From an uncultured Candidatus Saccharibacteria bacterium (lineage in GTDB: Bacteria; Patescibacteriota; Minisyncoccia; Phycocordibacterales; Phycocordibacteraceae), in the NCBI GenBank assembly GCA_964402535.1, contig CAYOCH010000001.1, positions 72,286 through 136,285 of the forward strand: DNA of 64,000 nucleotides. The letters are read 5' to 3'. Below the pieces are notes generated by a model. That model did not search any database. It worked only from the letters and a program-made list of their open reading frames with translations, and had not been told where the DNA came from. The position numbers and the translations under genes were made by a program. Below, one piece after another: positions 10,138 through 20,197 of the stretch (positions within the stretch are counted from its first letter, which is position 1; every line of letters starts with the position of its first letter).

Positions 10138-10611
10138 ATGGCCGGCGTTTCTATCCGCAACCTGACCCGCCGCTCTGTGGCGGGTTTGCCGTTTGCAAAG
10201 GCGGCCGAGGCGGCACTCCCCGGCTGGGACATATCGCTCGTCTTCGCAGGCCCCGCGAAGGCACGCGCGCTTAACAAGGAGCTGCGCAAGAAGGACTACA
10301 CGCCGAACGTGCTCTCCTACGTCGCCGGCGAGAAGTCAGGCGAGATCATCATCTGCCCGGCAGAGGCGAAGAAGCAGGCGGGCGGCTTCTCGATGAGCGA
10401 GAGCGACTTCCTCCTCTATCTCTTTATCCACGGCCTCCTGCATATAAAAGGCCAGGACCATGGTGCTACTATGGAGCGAAGCGAACGAAGGCTCTTGGCG
10501 AGATTCGCTAAGGGTTCCGCTAGCGCAACGAATGAAACGCCGCATCGCAACGGGAATCGACATCGGCACCTATCAGGTGAAGATCGTCGTCGTCGAGGAG
10601 GTCGCCGATAA
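10138..10611 (+). CDS. ybeY: endoribonuclease YbeY
   Basis: HGLLHIKGQDH zinc-binding motif; ORF reads ~80 nt into ftsA. Confidence 0.8.
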   Translation: MAGVSIRNLTRRSVAGLPFAKAAEAALPGWDISLVFAGPAKARALNKELRKKDYTPNVLSYVAGEKSGEIIICPAEAKKQAGGFSMSESDFLLYLFIHGLLHIKGQDHGATMERSERRLLARFAKGSASATNETPHRNGNRHRHLSGEDRRRRGGRR

Positions 10612-11701
10612 ACGCGGCGGGCGGCAGCTCCATATCATCGGCACCGGCCTTGCGGAGTCGAAGGGCCTGCGCCACGGCTATATCGTCAACAAGGAGGAGG
10701 TCACCGCCTCGATCAAGGAGGCGAGGCGCCAGGCCGAGGCTGCCGCGCACGTGCCGATCAAGAGCGGCTTCCTCGCGGTGGGCGGCATCTCGCTCGACGA
10801 GGCGCGGGCGACAGGCTCGGCGATCATCTCGCGCGCCGACCAGGAGATCACCTCTCTCGACATCGAGAAAGCGGCCAAGACGGCGCGCGAAGCGGCTGCG
10901 CCCGGCTTCTTGAACCGCCACGTCCTGCACTCGATCCCGCTCGAGTACCGCGTCGACGGCGCGAAGGTGCTCGGCGACCCGCTCGGGATGAAGGGCGTAC
11001 GCCTCGAGATCGACTACCTCTTCATCACCTGCCTCGCGCAGCACGAGGAGGCGCTCGTCGCGGCCGTCGAAGACGCCGGCATCGAGATCATCGACCAGAT
11101 GGCCTCGCCGCTTGCCGGCTCCTACGTCCTCCTCGAAGGCGATCAGAAGATGAAGGGCTGTGTCCTTGCGAACATCGGCGCCGAGACGATCTCGATCGTC
11201 GTCTACGACGAGAACATCCCCGTCTCGGTGAAGGTCTTCCCGATGGGGTCGAGCCACATCACCGACGACATCGCGCTCGGCTTCCGCATCTCGCTTGAAG
11301 AAGCAGAGCGAGTGAAGCTCGGCCGCCTCGGCGGCCAGATGTATCCGCGCAAGAAGGTGGACGACTTTATCGTCGGCCGCTTGAACGCGATGTTCGCCTT
11401 GATCGACAAGCACCTGAAGTCGCTCGGCCGCCGCGGCCCCCTGCCCGCCGGCATCATCATCAGCGGCGGCGGCGCGGGCGTCGGCTCGATCAGTGACATC
11501 GCGAAGGGATCGCTTAAGCTCCCAGCGCGCCTCGCCGAGTTCCGCCTCTCGGCCGACACCAAGATCCGCGACGCGACGTGGGCCGTCGCCTACGGCCTCG
11601 CGCTCTGGGGTCTCACCGGCGACACGACCGCACCCGAGAAAGGGATGTTCGGCGGTCTCGGCAAGCTTTTCAGGCAGACATTCCAGCAATTTTTGCCCTA
11701 A
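10532..11701 (+). CDS. ftsA: cell division protein FtsA
   Basis: MKRRIATGIDIGTYQVKIVV actin-like N-terminus; start set at internal ATG 10532. Confidence 0.9.
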   Translation: MKRRIATGIDIGTYQVKIVVVEEVADKRGGRQLHIIGTGLAESKGLRHGYIVNKEEVTASIKEARRQAEAAAHVPIKSGFLAVGGISLDEARATGSAIISRADQEITSLDIEKAAKTAREAAAPGFLNRHVLHSIPLEYRVDGAKVLGDPLGMKGVRLEIDYLFITCLAQHEEALVAAVEDAGIEIIDQMASPLAGSYVLLEGDQKMKGCVLANIGAETISIVVYDENIPVSVKVFPMGSSHITDDIALGFRISLEEAERVKLGRLGGQMYPRKKVDDFIVGRLNAMFALIDKHLKSLGRRGPLPAGIIISGGGAGVGSISDIAKGSLKLPARLAEFRLSADTKIRDATWAVAYGLALWGLTGDTTAPEKGMFGGLGKLFRQTFQQFLP

Positions 11702-11787
11702 ACGGCGATTCTTTTTGACCGCCTGTCAAGATTTGCACTCTGGCGCGGAGTGCTATCATGGGTGAACTTATAAGGAATTTCATACCT

Positions 11788-13053
11788 ATGTCCAAGCGCA
11801 TTGAACCCGAGATCGAGACGTTCGCCCGCATCCGCGTGGTCGGCGTCGGCGGTTCAGGCGGCAACGCAGTGAATCACATGATCAACTCGAAGGTGCGGAA
11901 CGTCGAGTTCATCGCGGTCAACTCGGATGCGCAGGACCTGCACCGCAGTCTCGCCAAGCGCAAGCTCCATATCGGCAAGAACCTCACCCGCGGTCTCGGC
12001 ACGGGCATGAACCCGGAGCTCGGCCGTCGCGCTGCGGAGGAGACGCGCCAGGAGATCCAAGAGGCGCTCTCGGGGAGCGACATGGTCTTCATCACCTGCG
12101 GCATGGGCGGCGGCACCGGCACCGGCGCATCGGCGATCGTCGCGAAGATCGCCAAGGAGGTCGGCGCGCTCGTGATCGCCGTCGTCACGAAGCCGTTCGC
12201 CTTTGAGGGCGCGCACCGCAAGGACATCGCCGAGCGCGGCCTCGCAGAGCTCAAGAAGGAGGTGGACGCGTTCATCGTGATCCCCAACGACAAGCTCCTC
12301 TCGGTCGTCGACACGCAGACCTCGGCCAAGAACGCGTTCGCGATGTGCGACGAGATCCTGCGCCAGGCGGTCGAGGGCGTCTCGGACATCATCACCACAC
12401 CAGGCGAGATCAACACCGACTTCAACGATATCAAGGCGATCATGGAGGGCGCAGGCCCTGCGCTCATGGGCATCGGCGTCTCAGAGGGCGACGGCCGCGC
12501 CAAGGACGCTGCGCAGCAGGCGGTAAACTCGCCGCTCCTCGACGTCTCGATCAGCGGCGCGAAGGGCATCCTCTTCGTCGTCGCCGGCTCGGACGACCTC
12601 GGCATCATGGAGGTGCAGGAGGCGGCTAAGGTGATCAACGAGTCTGTCGACAAGAACGCCAAGATCATCTTCGGCATGATGCGCGACGAGAAACTCAAGA
12701 AGGGCCAGATCCGCATCATCGTCATCGCGACCGGCTTCCCCGATACCTCGCCGGCGGTACACCTCGGCCCCGAGCGCTCGCTCTTTGCGATGCCGACCGA
12801 GCGGCGCGACGAGGAGCGCGGCCGTATCTACCATGAAATATTGAAGCGCGAAGAGAAGCAGGCCGAGGAGAAGCCGAAGAAGCGCGCGCAGGATGAGGAA
12901 AAGGACAAGGAGATCCACTCCCCGATCGTCGTCGAGAAGGAGGAGCCGGTCGTGACGGCACAGCCGCACAAGCGCGAAGAGGTCGCGCCGGTCCCCGAGG
13001 ACGACGAGGCGTGGGGTGCGATTCCGGCCTTCTTGAGACGGCATAAGAAGTAA
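11788..13053 (+). CDS. ftsZ: cell division protein FtsZ
   Basis: IRVVGVGGSGGNAVNHM, TCGMGGGTGTGA tubulin signature; start set at MSKRIEP. Confidence 0.92.
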   Translation: MSKRIEPEIETFARIRVVGVGGSGGNAVNHMINSKVRNVEFIAVNSDAQDLHRSLAKRKLHIGKNLTRGLGTGMNPELGRRAAEETRQEIQEALSGSDMVFITCGMGGGTGTGASAIVAKIAKEVGALVIAVVTKPFAFEGAHRKDIAERGLAELKKEVDAFIVIPNDKLLSVVDTQTSAKNAFAMCDEILRQAVEGVSDIITTPGEINTDFNDIKAIMEGAGPALMGIGVSEGDGRAKDAAQQAVNSPLLDVSISGAKGILFVVAGSDDLGIMEVQEAAKVINESVDKNAKIIFGMMRDEKLKKGQIRIIVIATGFPDTSPAVHLGPERSLFAMPTERRDEERGRIYHEILKREEKQAEEKPKKRAQDEEKDKEIHSPIVVEKEEPVVTAQPHKREEVAPVPEDDEAWGAIPAFLRRHKK

Positions 13054-13061
13054 GAGTAAGA

Positions 13062-13090
13062 AACGCGGCGCCTCCGGCGCCGCGTTTTGT
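13062..13090 (+). terminator. intrinsic terminator after ftsZ
   Basis: aacgcggcgcc-tcc-ggcgccgcgtt plus tttgtt; same core as the rpsA terminator. Confidence 0.7.
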
Positions 13091-13102
13091 TATACTGCGC
13101 CT

Positions 13103-14026
13103 ATGCAAGACCTCATCATCATCGGCGGCGGGCCCGCCGGCATAGCAGCCGCTATCTACGCCGCCCGCAAACGGCTCGCGACCACGCTCATCGCCGAGGA
13201 GATCGGCGGACAATCGACCGTCTCCGAGGGCATCGAGAATTGGGTCGGCACGCCGAAGGTCTCGGGCAGCGACCTCGCGAAGCAGTTCAAGTCGCACCTC
13301 GAGGCGGTGAAGGGCGAGCAGGTCACGCTCGCGCTCGGCGAGCGCGTGACCGCCCTCGAGCAGATCCCCGAGAGCTTCACGGTCACCACGAAGTCGGGCA
13401 AGACGTTCTCGGCGAAGGCGGTCCTCGTCGCCTCCGGCGCCGGACGCCGCAAGCTCGAGGTGCCGGGAGCGGACAAGTTCGAGAACAAGGGCGTCACCTA
13501 CTGCGCCTCCTGCGACGGGCCGCTCTTCGCCGGCATGGACGTCGCGGTCGTGGGCGGCGGCAACGCGGGCTTCGAGACCGCGCTCCAGCTCCTCGCCTAT
13601 GCGAAGTCGGTCGTGCTCATCCACCGCCACAAAGCGTTCAAGGCGGACGCGGTGACGGTCGAGAAGGCCGCGGCGCACCCCAATATGCGCATCATCGCGG
13701 ACGCCGAGCCGGTCGAGGTCGTCGGCGACCAGTTCGTCACCGGCCTCAAGTATCGGGACAACGCGGCCGGCACCGTGCACGAGCTCCCCGTCTCGGGCGT
13801 GTTCGTCGAGGCGGGCGTGATCCCCAACACGGACTTCGCCGCCACGCTCCTCGAGCTCGATCAGGTGAAGCGCATCAAGGCCGACCCGCGCAATCAGCGC
13901 ACCTCGGTCGAGGGCGTGTGGGCCGCCGGTGACGCGACCGACGAGCTCTACCATCAGAACAATATCGCGGCCGGCGACGGCGTGAAGGCGCTCGAGGACA
14001 TCTACCTCTGGGTCAAGACGCAATGA
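13103..14026 (+). CDS. trxB: thioredoxin-disulfide reductase
   Basis: IIGGGPAGIAAAIYAAR FAD motif and CASCDGPLF redox-active disulfide. Confidence 0.9.
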   Translation: MQDLIIIGGGPAGIAAAIYAARKRLATTLIAEEIGGQSTVSEGIENWVGTPKVSGSDLAKQFKSHLEAVKGEQVTLALGERVTALEQIPESFTVTTKSGKTFSAKAVLVASGAGRRKLEVPGADKFENKGVTYCASCDGPLFAGMDVAVVGGGNAGFETALQLLAYAKSVVLIHRHKAFKADAVTVEKAAAHPNMRIIADAEPVEVVGDQFVTGLKYRDNAAGTVHELPVSGVFVEAGVIPNTDFAATLLELDQVKRIKADPRNQRTSVEGVWAAGDATDELYHQNNIAAGDGVKALEDIYLWVKTQ

Positions 14027-14760
14027 ACACCGCCGAACCCGTCTTCTCCGTCATCATCCCCACCTTGCGCGAAGCGCAGTTCCTCGAAGCGACGCTTGCA
14101 CAGTTTGCGAGCGTCACGATCCCCCACGAGATCATCATCACCGACGGCGGGAGCAAGGATACGACGCTTGATATCGCGCACCGCTACACCGACAAAGTGA
14201 CGGTCTGGGCAGAACCGCGCCGACAGACCTTCGGCGAGGCCAAGAACGCCGGCGCGGCGCTCGCGAAGGGCCGCTACCTCGTCTTCATCGACGCGGACGT
14301 GCATATCCCCGCACCCCAAGCCTTCTTTACCGAGATGATCGCCGCGTTCGAAAAGGACGCGAAGCTGGCGGGCATGACAGTACCGCTTAAGCCCTGGGCA
14401 GACAATCACTCGTTCGTCGACCACTTCTTCTGCGCACCCTTGAACTGGTTCTACGTCGTCTCGAACAACGTCTTCAACTCCGGCAACTCCTCGGGCGAGT
14501 TCCAGATGGTTCGCGCCGATACGTTCAAGAAGATGGGCGGCTTCGCAGAACATCTCGCTGCAGGAGAAGACAACGACCTCTTCCGCCGGCTCGCGGCGCA
14601 CGGCCGCACGCGCTCCTATGCCCGGCTCTTCGTCACCCACTCGCTTCGCCGCCCGCACAAGCTCGGGTGGCTGAAGACGTACTGGATCTGGATCAGCAAC
14701 GGTATCTCCGTCGCGCTCCGCGGCACAACGATCGTCAAAGAGTGGTCCGTGGTGCGATAG
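14023..14760 (+). CDS. glycosyltransferase family 2
   Basis: FSVIIPTLRE...TDGGSKDTT...FIDADV (GT-A DxD) pattern. Confidence 0.75.
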   Translation: MNTAEPVFSVIIPTLREAQFLEATLAQFASVTIPHEIIITDGGSKDTTLDIAHRYTDKVTVWAEPRRQTFGEAKNAGAALAKGRYLVFIDADVHIPAPQAFFTEMIAAFEKDAKLAGMTVPLKPWADNHSFVDHFFCAPLNWFYVVSNNVFNSGNSSGEFQMVRADTFKKMGGFAEHLAAGEDNDLFRRLAAHGRTRSYARLFVTHSLRRPHKLGWLKTYWIWISNGISVALRGTTIVKEWSVVR

Positions 14761-14881
14761 CGAGTATCTACGGGGTATTTTGAGTATATTGACTTTTTGC
14801 TCTGTTTAGTGCTATTATAGAAACAGGGTAACCGTTCCAATCAACAGCCGCTTGCGGCTATAACTCGTGTAGGAGGTTCAG

Positions 14882-15595
14882 GTGAGTCTTGGACTATGGA
14901 TCATAACGGGCAGCGTGCTGCTCGTCGCGTCTGAGGCGATCGTCTCGTACTTCTGCGAAGAGAACTTCTTCCCGTCGCAGATCTCGAAAAAGTGGGCGAT
15001 GAACGGCATCCCGTTCGCGTACCACGGCGGCGTTTGGAGCGACGTCCTGCTCTTGCCGCCGATGATGGCCTACATCGTCGGCAACTACGGCAGCAGCTGG
15101 ACGACAGAGGACGTGCTGAAGATGGGTGCGGCGGGCGTGGCAGTCACGCTCGCCAACCACATCCTCTTGATAACGACCCAGCCGATCCCGGACTCGTTCG
15201 GGTGGAAGAAGAACAAGTGGGACGCGGTCATCGCCTTCCACTTCGTCTACATGAGCGTCTACGTGGCGCTCGCGGGGCTCTTCTTCTTCTATTCGAAAGG
15301 CGTCTCGACCGCCGCCGCAGTGACCGTCGCGATCGTTCTCGGCATCCACACGGCGTTCGGCACGCACGTCCCGCTCGGGATGCTGCAGCGCCACAAGCGC
15401 TATATGTGGTGCCCGGACTTCCTCTCGAGCCCGCAGCTCCCATGGCTCTCGCTCGCGATCTGGACGACGCTTTCTATTCTCGCAGCAGCTGCTGCCGGCA
15501 TGGTGGCCGCTCTCCTGGTCGTTGCGATAGGCGCGTTCTTGGCTCTGTGGGTAGTAGCGTTCCTGATCGTCAGTCCGCCGGCGCTGCGCACCTAG
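14882..15595 (+). CDS. hypothetical integral membrane protein
   Basis: 237 aa, multiple TM helices, RBS GGAGG upstream. Confidence 0.45.
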   Translation: MSLGLWIITGSVLLVASEAIVSYFCEENFFPSQISKKWAMNGIPFAYHGGVWSDVLLLPPMMAYIVGNYGSSWTTEDVLKMGAAGVAVTLANHILLITTQPIPDSFGWKKNKWDAVIAFHFVYMSVYVALAGLFFFYSKGVSTAAAVTVAIVLGIHTAFGTHVPLGMLQRHKRYMWCPDFLSSPQLPWLSLAIWTTLSILAAAAAGMVAALLVVAIGAFLALWVVAFLIVSPPALRT

Positions 15596-15618
15596 ATTCG
15601 TTGTATGCTCCTTCATTC

Positions 15619-15650
15619 GCCCGTCCCTCGTGGACGGGCTTTCTTTTTAT
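15619..15650 (+). terminator. intrinsic terminator
   Basis: gcccgtcc-ctcgtg-gacgggc stem followed by tttcttttta. Confidence 0.6.
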
Positions 15651-15702
15651 GCAAATGAAAAGCCGCCATGAGAAGCGCGGCTTCTCATGGCGGTCAGCGA
15701 AT

Positions 15703-16083
15703 CTAGTCCTTCTTCTCGGGCGGGAGCACGATAGCGAGGAACATGATCGCGCCCGTAATCACGCTGATCACCGATGACGCCGCCCAGAACACCCAGCCGC
15801 CGACGTTGCAGTACAGCGTCAAGTGCCGTCCGGCCCGATGAATCCAAGCGATCTCTCGCTCATCGGCGACCGACAGTGCCACAAGCAGCGCCGGGACGCA
15901 CGCGATGATCAGGACGGTGAAGAACCATGCCGCCATGAACCCGCGCATCGTCGAGGGATCGATGCCGTAGCCGACCTGCAGGCCGACGAGCGCCGCCAAG
16001 ATTGCCGTGAGCAGCGCGGCGATGACGCCGATGAACCAGAGCGACGCGGCAGCGACGCCGCTCGGCTTCTTTACTTGCTTCAT
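15703..16083 (-). CDS. hypothetical membrane protein
   Basis: 126 aa with 3-4 TM helices; hairpin plus T-tract downstream on the minus strand (15660-15697). Confidence 0.45.
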   Translation of the reverse strand: MKQVKKPSGVAAASLWFIGVIAALLTAILAALVGLQVGYGIDPSTMRGFMAAWFFTVLIIACVPALLVALSVADEREIAWIHRAGRHLTLYCNVGGWVFWAASSVISVITGAIMFLAIVLPPEKKD

Positions 16084-16163
16084 ATCTTCTTCCCCTCTTT
16101 GTCGTATGCGCCCGAAACGAGCAAAATAACCCGCTATCTATATACCATGAAATATGCAAATAA

Positions 16164-17180
16164 TCAAGTGTTCTGCTTGATCGGGGCGAGCTGGGTCAAG
16201 AACGCATCGACAGAGTGCTCCCACGAATACCGCTCCGCCTTCGCGCGGCAATCGTCGCGCGAGAGGTCGAGGCATGAGAGTGCGCACGCGCGCAAGTCAT
16301 CGCCAAGATAGCCGTCCTTCCCTGCCGTGATGCTGTCCTTGGGGCCCATCACGTCGTGCGCGGCGACTGGGATGCCGCAGGCGAGGGCCTCGATCACGAC
16401 GAGCCCGAAGGTCTCGGTCCTTGAGGGGAAGACGAACGCGTCGGCGAGCGAGAGCCAGTCGACGAGCTCTTGGCCGCGCTTGTAGCCGACGAAGCGGTGC
16501 GTCGCGCCGTACTGCCGCTCCAACCGTGCGCGATCGGGACCGTCGCCGATCACGAGCTTGGTACCCGGGAGGTCGAGCTTCAAGAATTCTTCCGGGCTCT
16601 TCTCCGGCGCGAGCCGGCTGAAGTAGACAAACACCGGCTGCGGCACATCAGTCAAGGACGGTGTCGGGTTGCGCTTGAACAGCTCGAGATCGACCCCGAG
16701 CGGCACAACCGCGAGATTGCGATATCCCATCGACTCGAGCGTTCGCTTCAGCGTTTCGGTCGAGACGAATGTGCACGCGGCGGCGGCGTGGAACCGTCGC
16801 AAGTAGTAGAGCACCGGCGCGAGGAGGCCGCGTAGCCTGATATCGACATAGAGCTGCAGGTGCGTGTGGTACCAGGTCGTGAAGGGTATGCCGCGCCGTT
16901 TACAGACGCCCCGCGCCGCAAAGCCGAGCGGCCCCTCGGTCATGAGATGTATCGCGTCGGGGCGGAACTCGTCGATCACGCGAGCGATGCGGCGGCGCGA
17001 GGAGAGCGCGAGACGGATCTCGGGGTACATCGGGAGCGGGACGGTGCGAAACTGGGAGGGCTCGATCACTTTCACCTCATAGCCGCGCGCGCGGAGCCGT
17101 TCGAGATACGCGTCTTGTACTCGCACGACGCCGTTCACTTGGGGCGCCCACGCATCGGTCACGAACAGTATCTTCTTCAT
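16164..17180 (-). CDS. glycosyltransferase family 4
   Basis: MKKILFVTDAWAPQVNGVV...EALACGIPV GT-B/GT4 pattern; start trimmed to the ATG that overlaps (ATGA) the stop of the upstream DedA gene. Confidence 0.75.
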   Translation of the reverse strand: MKKILFVTDAWAPQVNGVVRVQDAYLERLRARGYEVKVIEPSQFRTVPLPMYPEIRLALSSRRRIARVIDEFRPDAIHLMTEGPLGFAARGVCKRRGIPFTTWYHTHLQLYVDIRLRGLLAPVLYYLRRFHAAAACTFVSTETLKRTLESMGYRNLAVVPLGVDLELFKRNPTPSLTDVPQPVFVYFSRLAPEKSPEEFLKLDLPGTKLVIGDGPDRARLERQYGATHRFVGYKRGQELVDWLSLADAFVFPSRTETFGLVVIEALACGIPVAAHDVMGPKDSITAGKDGYLGDDLRACALSCLDLSRDDCRAKAERYSWEHSVDAFLTQLAPIKQNT

Positions 17181-17812
17181 AGCCCGAGCTCTTTGTCCGG
17201 CGGCATCCGTTCGATGTCCGCGTCCTTCTTGAGGAACTTCTTGCGCATGTAGAAGGTGAAGACGTAGTAGCCGGTGATCGCGATCGCAGCGATCGCGATG
17301 ATGTACTGCACGTTCTCGATCACGCGCGTCGCCGTCCCGCCGAAGCTCGCGCCGAGATAATAGCCGGCGACTAAGAGCGTTCCATACTGGAGCACCGCCA
17401 CAACGCTTCCCCACCCGAAGAATTTCGTGAGCGGCATCTTGACCATGCCGGCGACCACGATGAAAGCCGAAGCGATACCGTACGAGAGCTTGCCGACAAG
17501 CATCGTGACGGCCGGCCGCCGCGCCCATAGGAGCCGCACCTCTTTGAGGTGGCCGGCGGTGATGCCGAGTTTCTTTAGCATCTTGGCGGCAAAGCGCGTC
17601 CGCCCGCCGAAGTAGCCCGTCGCGTAGTAGACGCCGTCGAGCCCGACATCGCGGACGAAGAACAAGATGGCCAGGATCCAGAACTCGAAGAGCCCGGCAG
17701 CCGCCATCGTGCCGGCGATGAATGCGACGACCGGACCCTCGAGAAGCGAGAGCGGAATGAGGATCCAGTAGCGGTAGACGAGGATAAGGTGCGTTAATGA
17801 ATCGACTGACAT
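17177..17812 (-). CDS. DedA/VTT-domain membrane protein
   Basis: 211 aa, SNARE-associated DedA-like hydrophobic profile. Confidence 0.7.
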   Translation of the reverse strand: MSVDSLTHLILVYRYWILIPLSLLEGPVVAFIAGTMAAAGLFEFWILAILFFVRDVGLDGVYYATGYFGGRTRFAAKMLKKLGITAGHLKEVRLLWARRPAVTMLVGKLSYGIASAFIVVAGMVKMPLTKFFGWGSVVAVLQYGTLLVAGYYLGASFGGTATRVIENVQYIIAIAAIAITGYYVFTFYMRKKFLKKDADIERMPPDKELGL

Positions 17813-17859
17813 CGGTGAAAGTATACTCCCTGGTCGGGAGCGGGCTATACTGATAGTGC

Positions 17860-19260
17860 ATGAAGGTTCATCATTCCGTCGACTGGCAGGGACTCTCGTT
17901 CGTCGGCAAGGCCTTGCTCGCGCTCATGGTCGTCTCGGGCGGCATCTACTTCAGCCAGCTCTACGCGTCGAGCTCGCGCGCTTCGGGAGAGCCGAACATG
18001 GTACTGATCCAACAACAAGCATCGATCGCACGCGGCGGATCAACGCTCGCACTATCGACGACTACATCGAAACACATCATTAACACGCTCACGATCGCCG
18101 ACGCCGTCCCCGCCTCCGGAAAATTCATCACGGCCGACCTCGTGAACAACGTGCTCACGCTCTACGAAGACGGTTCGGCGACCGCGAAATATCCGATCCT
18201 CGCCGCGGGCGCGCCGAGCTCGCCCTATGCCGCACCCGAGGGCGTCTACGCAATTCAGTCAAAGAATCCGGATCGTTTCTTCTCCGCCGGGCTCGTGCAT
18301 CAGAAGTGGAGCGTGCAGTTCGCCGGCAACTACTCTATCCATGGCACGCCCTATCGCGAGGACGGTGCCGCTGTTGATGCCGATTATAAGAACGACTCGA
18401 TCGAGGTGAGCACGAGCGACGCCGAGCGCGTCTTCGACTTTGCCGACAAGGGCACCAGCGTGTTCGTCTACGACCCGATCGGCCACGGCGCCTCATCGCT
18501 CGTGCTCGACACGGTGCCGCAGCCATCTGTCACTGCCGCCTCCTACCTTGTCGCAGACGTCGACACGGGCGACGTCTTTGCCGAGCGAGCAGCTCAATCA
18601 GTACAGCCGATCGGCTCGACAGCGACGCTCCTCACGGCGCTCGCCGCAGACGAGACCGTCCCCTTCGACACGAATCTCTCGGTGTTGAAGAGCGACCTCT
18701 CCCCCACCGTTCGCACCAAGACGCGAGAACGTCTCACGGCCGGACAACTCATATATCCGCTCCTTATGAACGGCAGCGCGGCTGCGGCAACAAGTCTCGC
18801 GGAAGCGTCGCAGAGCGACCTCATCAGCTGGATAAACGCGCTTGCCGGCTCGCTCGACATGCCGAAAACGCGCATCTCGGACCTTATCGGCACCTCGACG
18901 GCCTCGGTGACCACGGCAGATGACCTCTTTCATCTCGCGGCCTATCTCGCCGCCAACAAGACATTCATCCTGAGCATCGCCAAGGCGCCGCAAGCGAGCG
19001 TGCTCGCCGACAGCGGCACGACCTACCGATTCACGAACACGGTCGCAACCGGCAGTTCACTCGTCTCGCTCGTCTCGGTGCCATTGAACGGCACGCTCCG
19101 TCGCGCGGCCGTCATCGTGCTCGGTTCAGACAACGCCGCTATCGATGCGAATGCGCTCGGCAACTGGTACGCACAGTCGACTCGCCAGGGCGCCGAGATG
19201 GCCGCGACCGCGTGCGTCACCTGCACGCCGGCGCCGGCCTATCGCAAGATCCAGCTCTAA
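17860..19260 (+). CDS. secreted peptidoglycan-related protein: L,D-transpeptidase-like plus D-Ala-D-Ala carboxypeptidase (S11)-like domains, catalytic motifs apparently degenerate
   Basis: YSIHGTPY (YkuD-like) but no catalytic Cys; S11-like segment PIGSTATLLTA (SxxK becomes STAT), NGS in place of SGN, ATG in place of KTG. Confidence 0.5.
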   Translation: MKVHHSVDWQGLSFVGKALLALMVVSGGIYFSQLYASSSRASGEPNMVLIQQQASIARGGSTLALSTTTSKHIINTLTIADAVPASGKFITADLVNNVLTLYEDGSATAKYPILAAGAPSSPYAAPEGVYAIQSKNPDRFFSAGLVHQKWSVQFAGNYSIHGTPYREDGAAVDADYKNDSIEVSTSDAERVFDFADKGTSVFVYDPIGHGASSLVLDTVPQPSVTAASYLVADVDTGDVFAERAAQSVQPIGSTATLLTALAADETVPFDTNLSVLKSDLSPTVRTKTRERLTAGQLIYPLLMNGSAAAATSLAEASQSDLISWINALAGSLDMPKTRISDLIGTSTASVTTADDLFHLAAYLAANKTFILSIAKAPQASVLADSGTTYRFTNTVATGSSLVSLVSVPLNGTLRRAAVIVLGSDNAAIDANALGNWYAQSTRQGAEMAATACVTCTPAPAYRKIQL

Positions 19261-19263
19261 CTG

Positions 19264-19746
19264 CTAGTCAGAGGTGAACGAACGGCTCGTGAGGAGCGAA
19301 TAACCCTGATAGGCACTGTCGCGCACGCGGCGCGTATCGTAGTAGACGCCGATCGTATAACTCCCCGCGGGGATCGGGGTCGTGACCGTGTAGCTAAACC
19401 ACTGCCGATAGTCGGTGCTCACCTCGCCGCCGACGCCCGAGTCGCCCGATGCGACGACGCCCTTGATGGCTGCCGGATCATCCGGCTGCGCCGGTAATGC
19501 GGCATCGCCGGCCACGACGACGATCGTGAGATCGCCCGCATACATGTTCTCGAGCGTCCCGGAGATCGTCGGCGTCGCGGAGTCCGTGACGACGTCGACC
19601 GTCCCGCTCACTGTCCCGATCCCCGGCGGCGCGGACTTGGGCGCCGTCGCCGGCGCGATCGGCGACTTGATCACGCTGAAGAACCACGACCCGAGTACGG
19701 CCACGACGATGGCGATGACGGCGAGTACGACGATGTTCTTGCTCAT
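19264..19746 (-). CDS. hypothetical secreted/membrane-anchored protein
   Basis: 160 aa with N-terminal TM/signal segment. Confidence 0.45.
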   Translation of the reverse strand: MSKNIVVLAVIAIVVAVLGSWFFSVIKSPIAPATAPKSAPPGIGTVSGTVDVVTDSATPTISGTLENMYAGDLTIVVVAGDAALPAQPDDPAAIKGVVASGDSGVGGEVSTDYRQWFSYTVTTPIPAGSYTIGVYYDTRRVRDSAYQGYSLLTSRSFTSD

Positions 19747-19777
19747 GCCTTTGAATGATCTCTCCTATTATAACCTA

Positions 19778-19993
19778 GTGATGAAATTATACACTTTGCG
19801 CGAACCCACTTCGCACGCGCCGAGCGCGTGGTGACTCGGGACTAATGCGTACGCTCCGATCGCGCCTCGCCCGCGCTCGCGGACTCGCGCGGGCAAACCC
19901 AAAATTTCCTTGCATTTTCTCCTCGGCTCCTCCCCCGACCCCTCCGCCGAAAGGCGAAAAAGGATGGAAAGGAAATTTTTGGTTTGCGTCGCC
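19778..19993. repeat. IR1-L (~215 bp), perfect reverse complement of 22189-22403
   Basis: identical 70-80 aa spurious ORFs on opposite strands (19768-20010 minus and 22124-22408 plus); direct sequence comparison. Confidence 0.9.
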
Positions 19994-20197
19994 TTTTGAA
20001 AACTCCACAAGGGGCAACAAAGTATTCACATTGAAGCCCCTTGCTCCGTAATCAAAAGGCGACCCGAGGCGCAATACACAGCGGTCTGCGCTAGGGCGCA
20101 GTCAGTTTTGATATGTGCTTGGCCCACCCGCCCAGTCCGCGCACAACCAGCCCCGCCGTTTTAGGAAACATTATAAAACGGCGGGGCTGGCTCCCTA

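Noticed and set aside
19768-20010. 80-aa ORF and its 94-aa twin (22124-22408) with identical sequence
   Set aside because: They are simply the two copies of the IR1 inverted repeat read on opposite strands. Low-complexity translation; not treated as genes.
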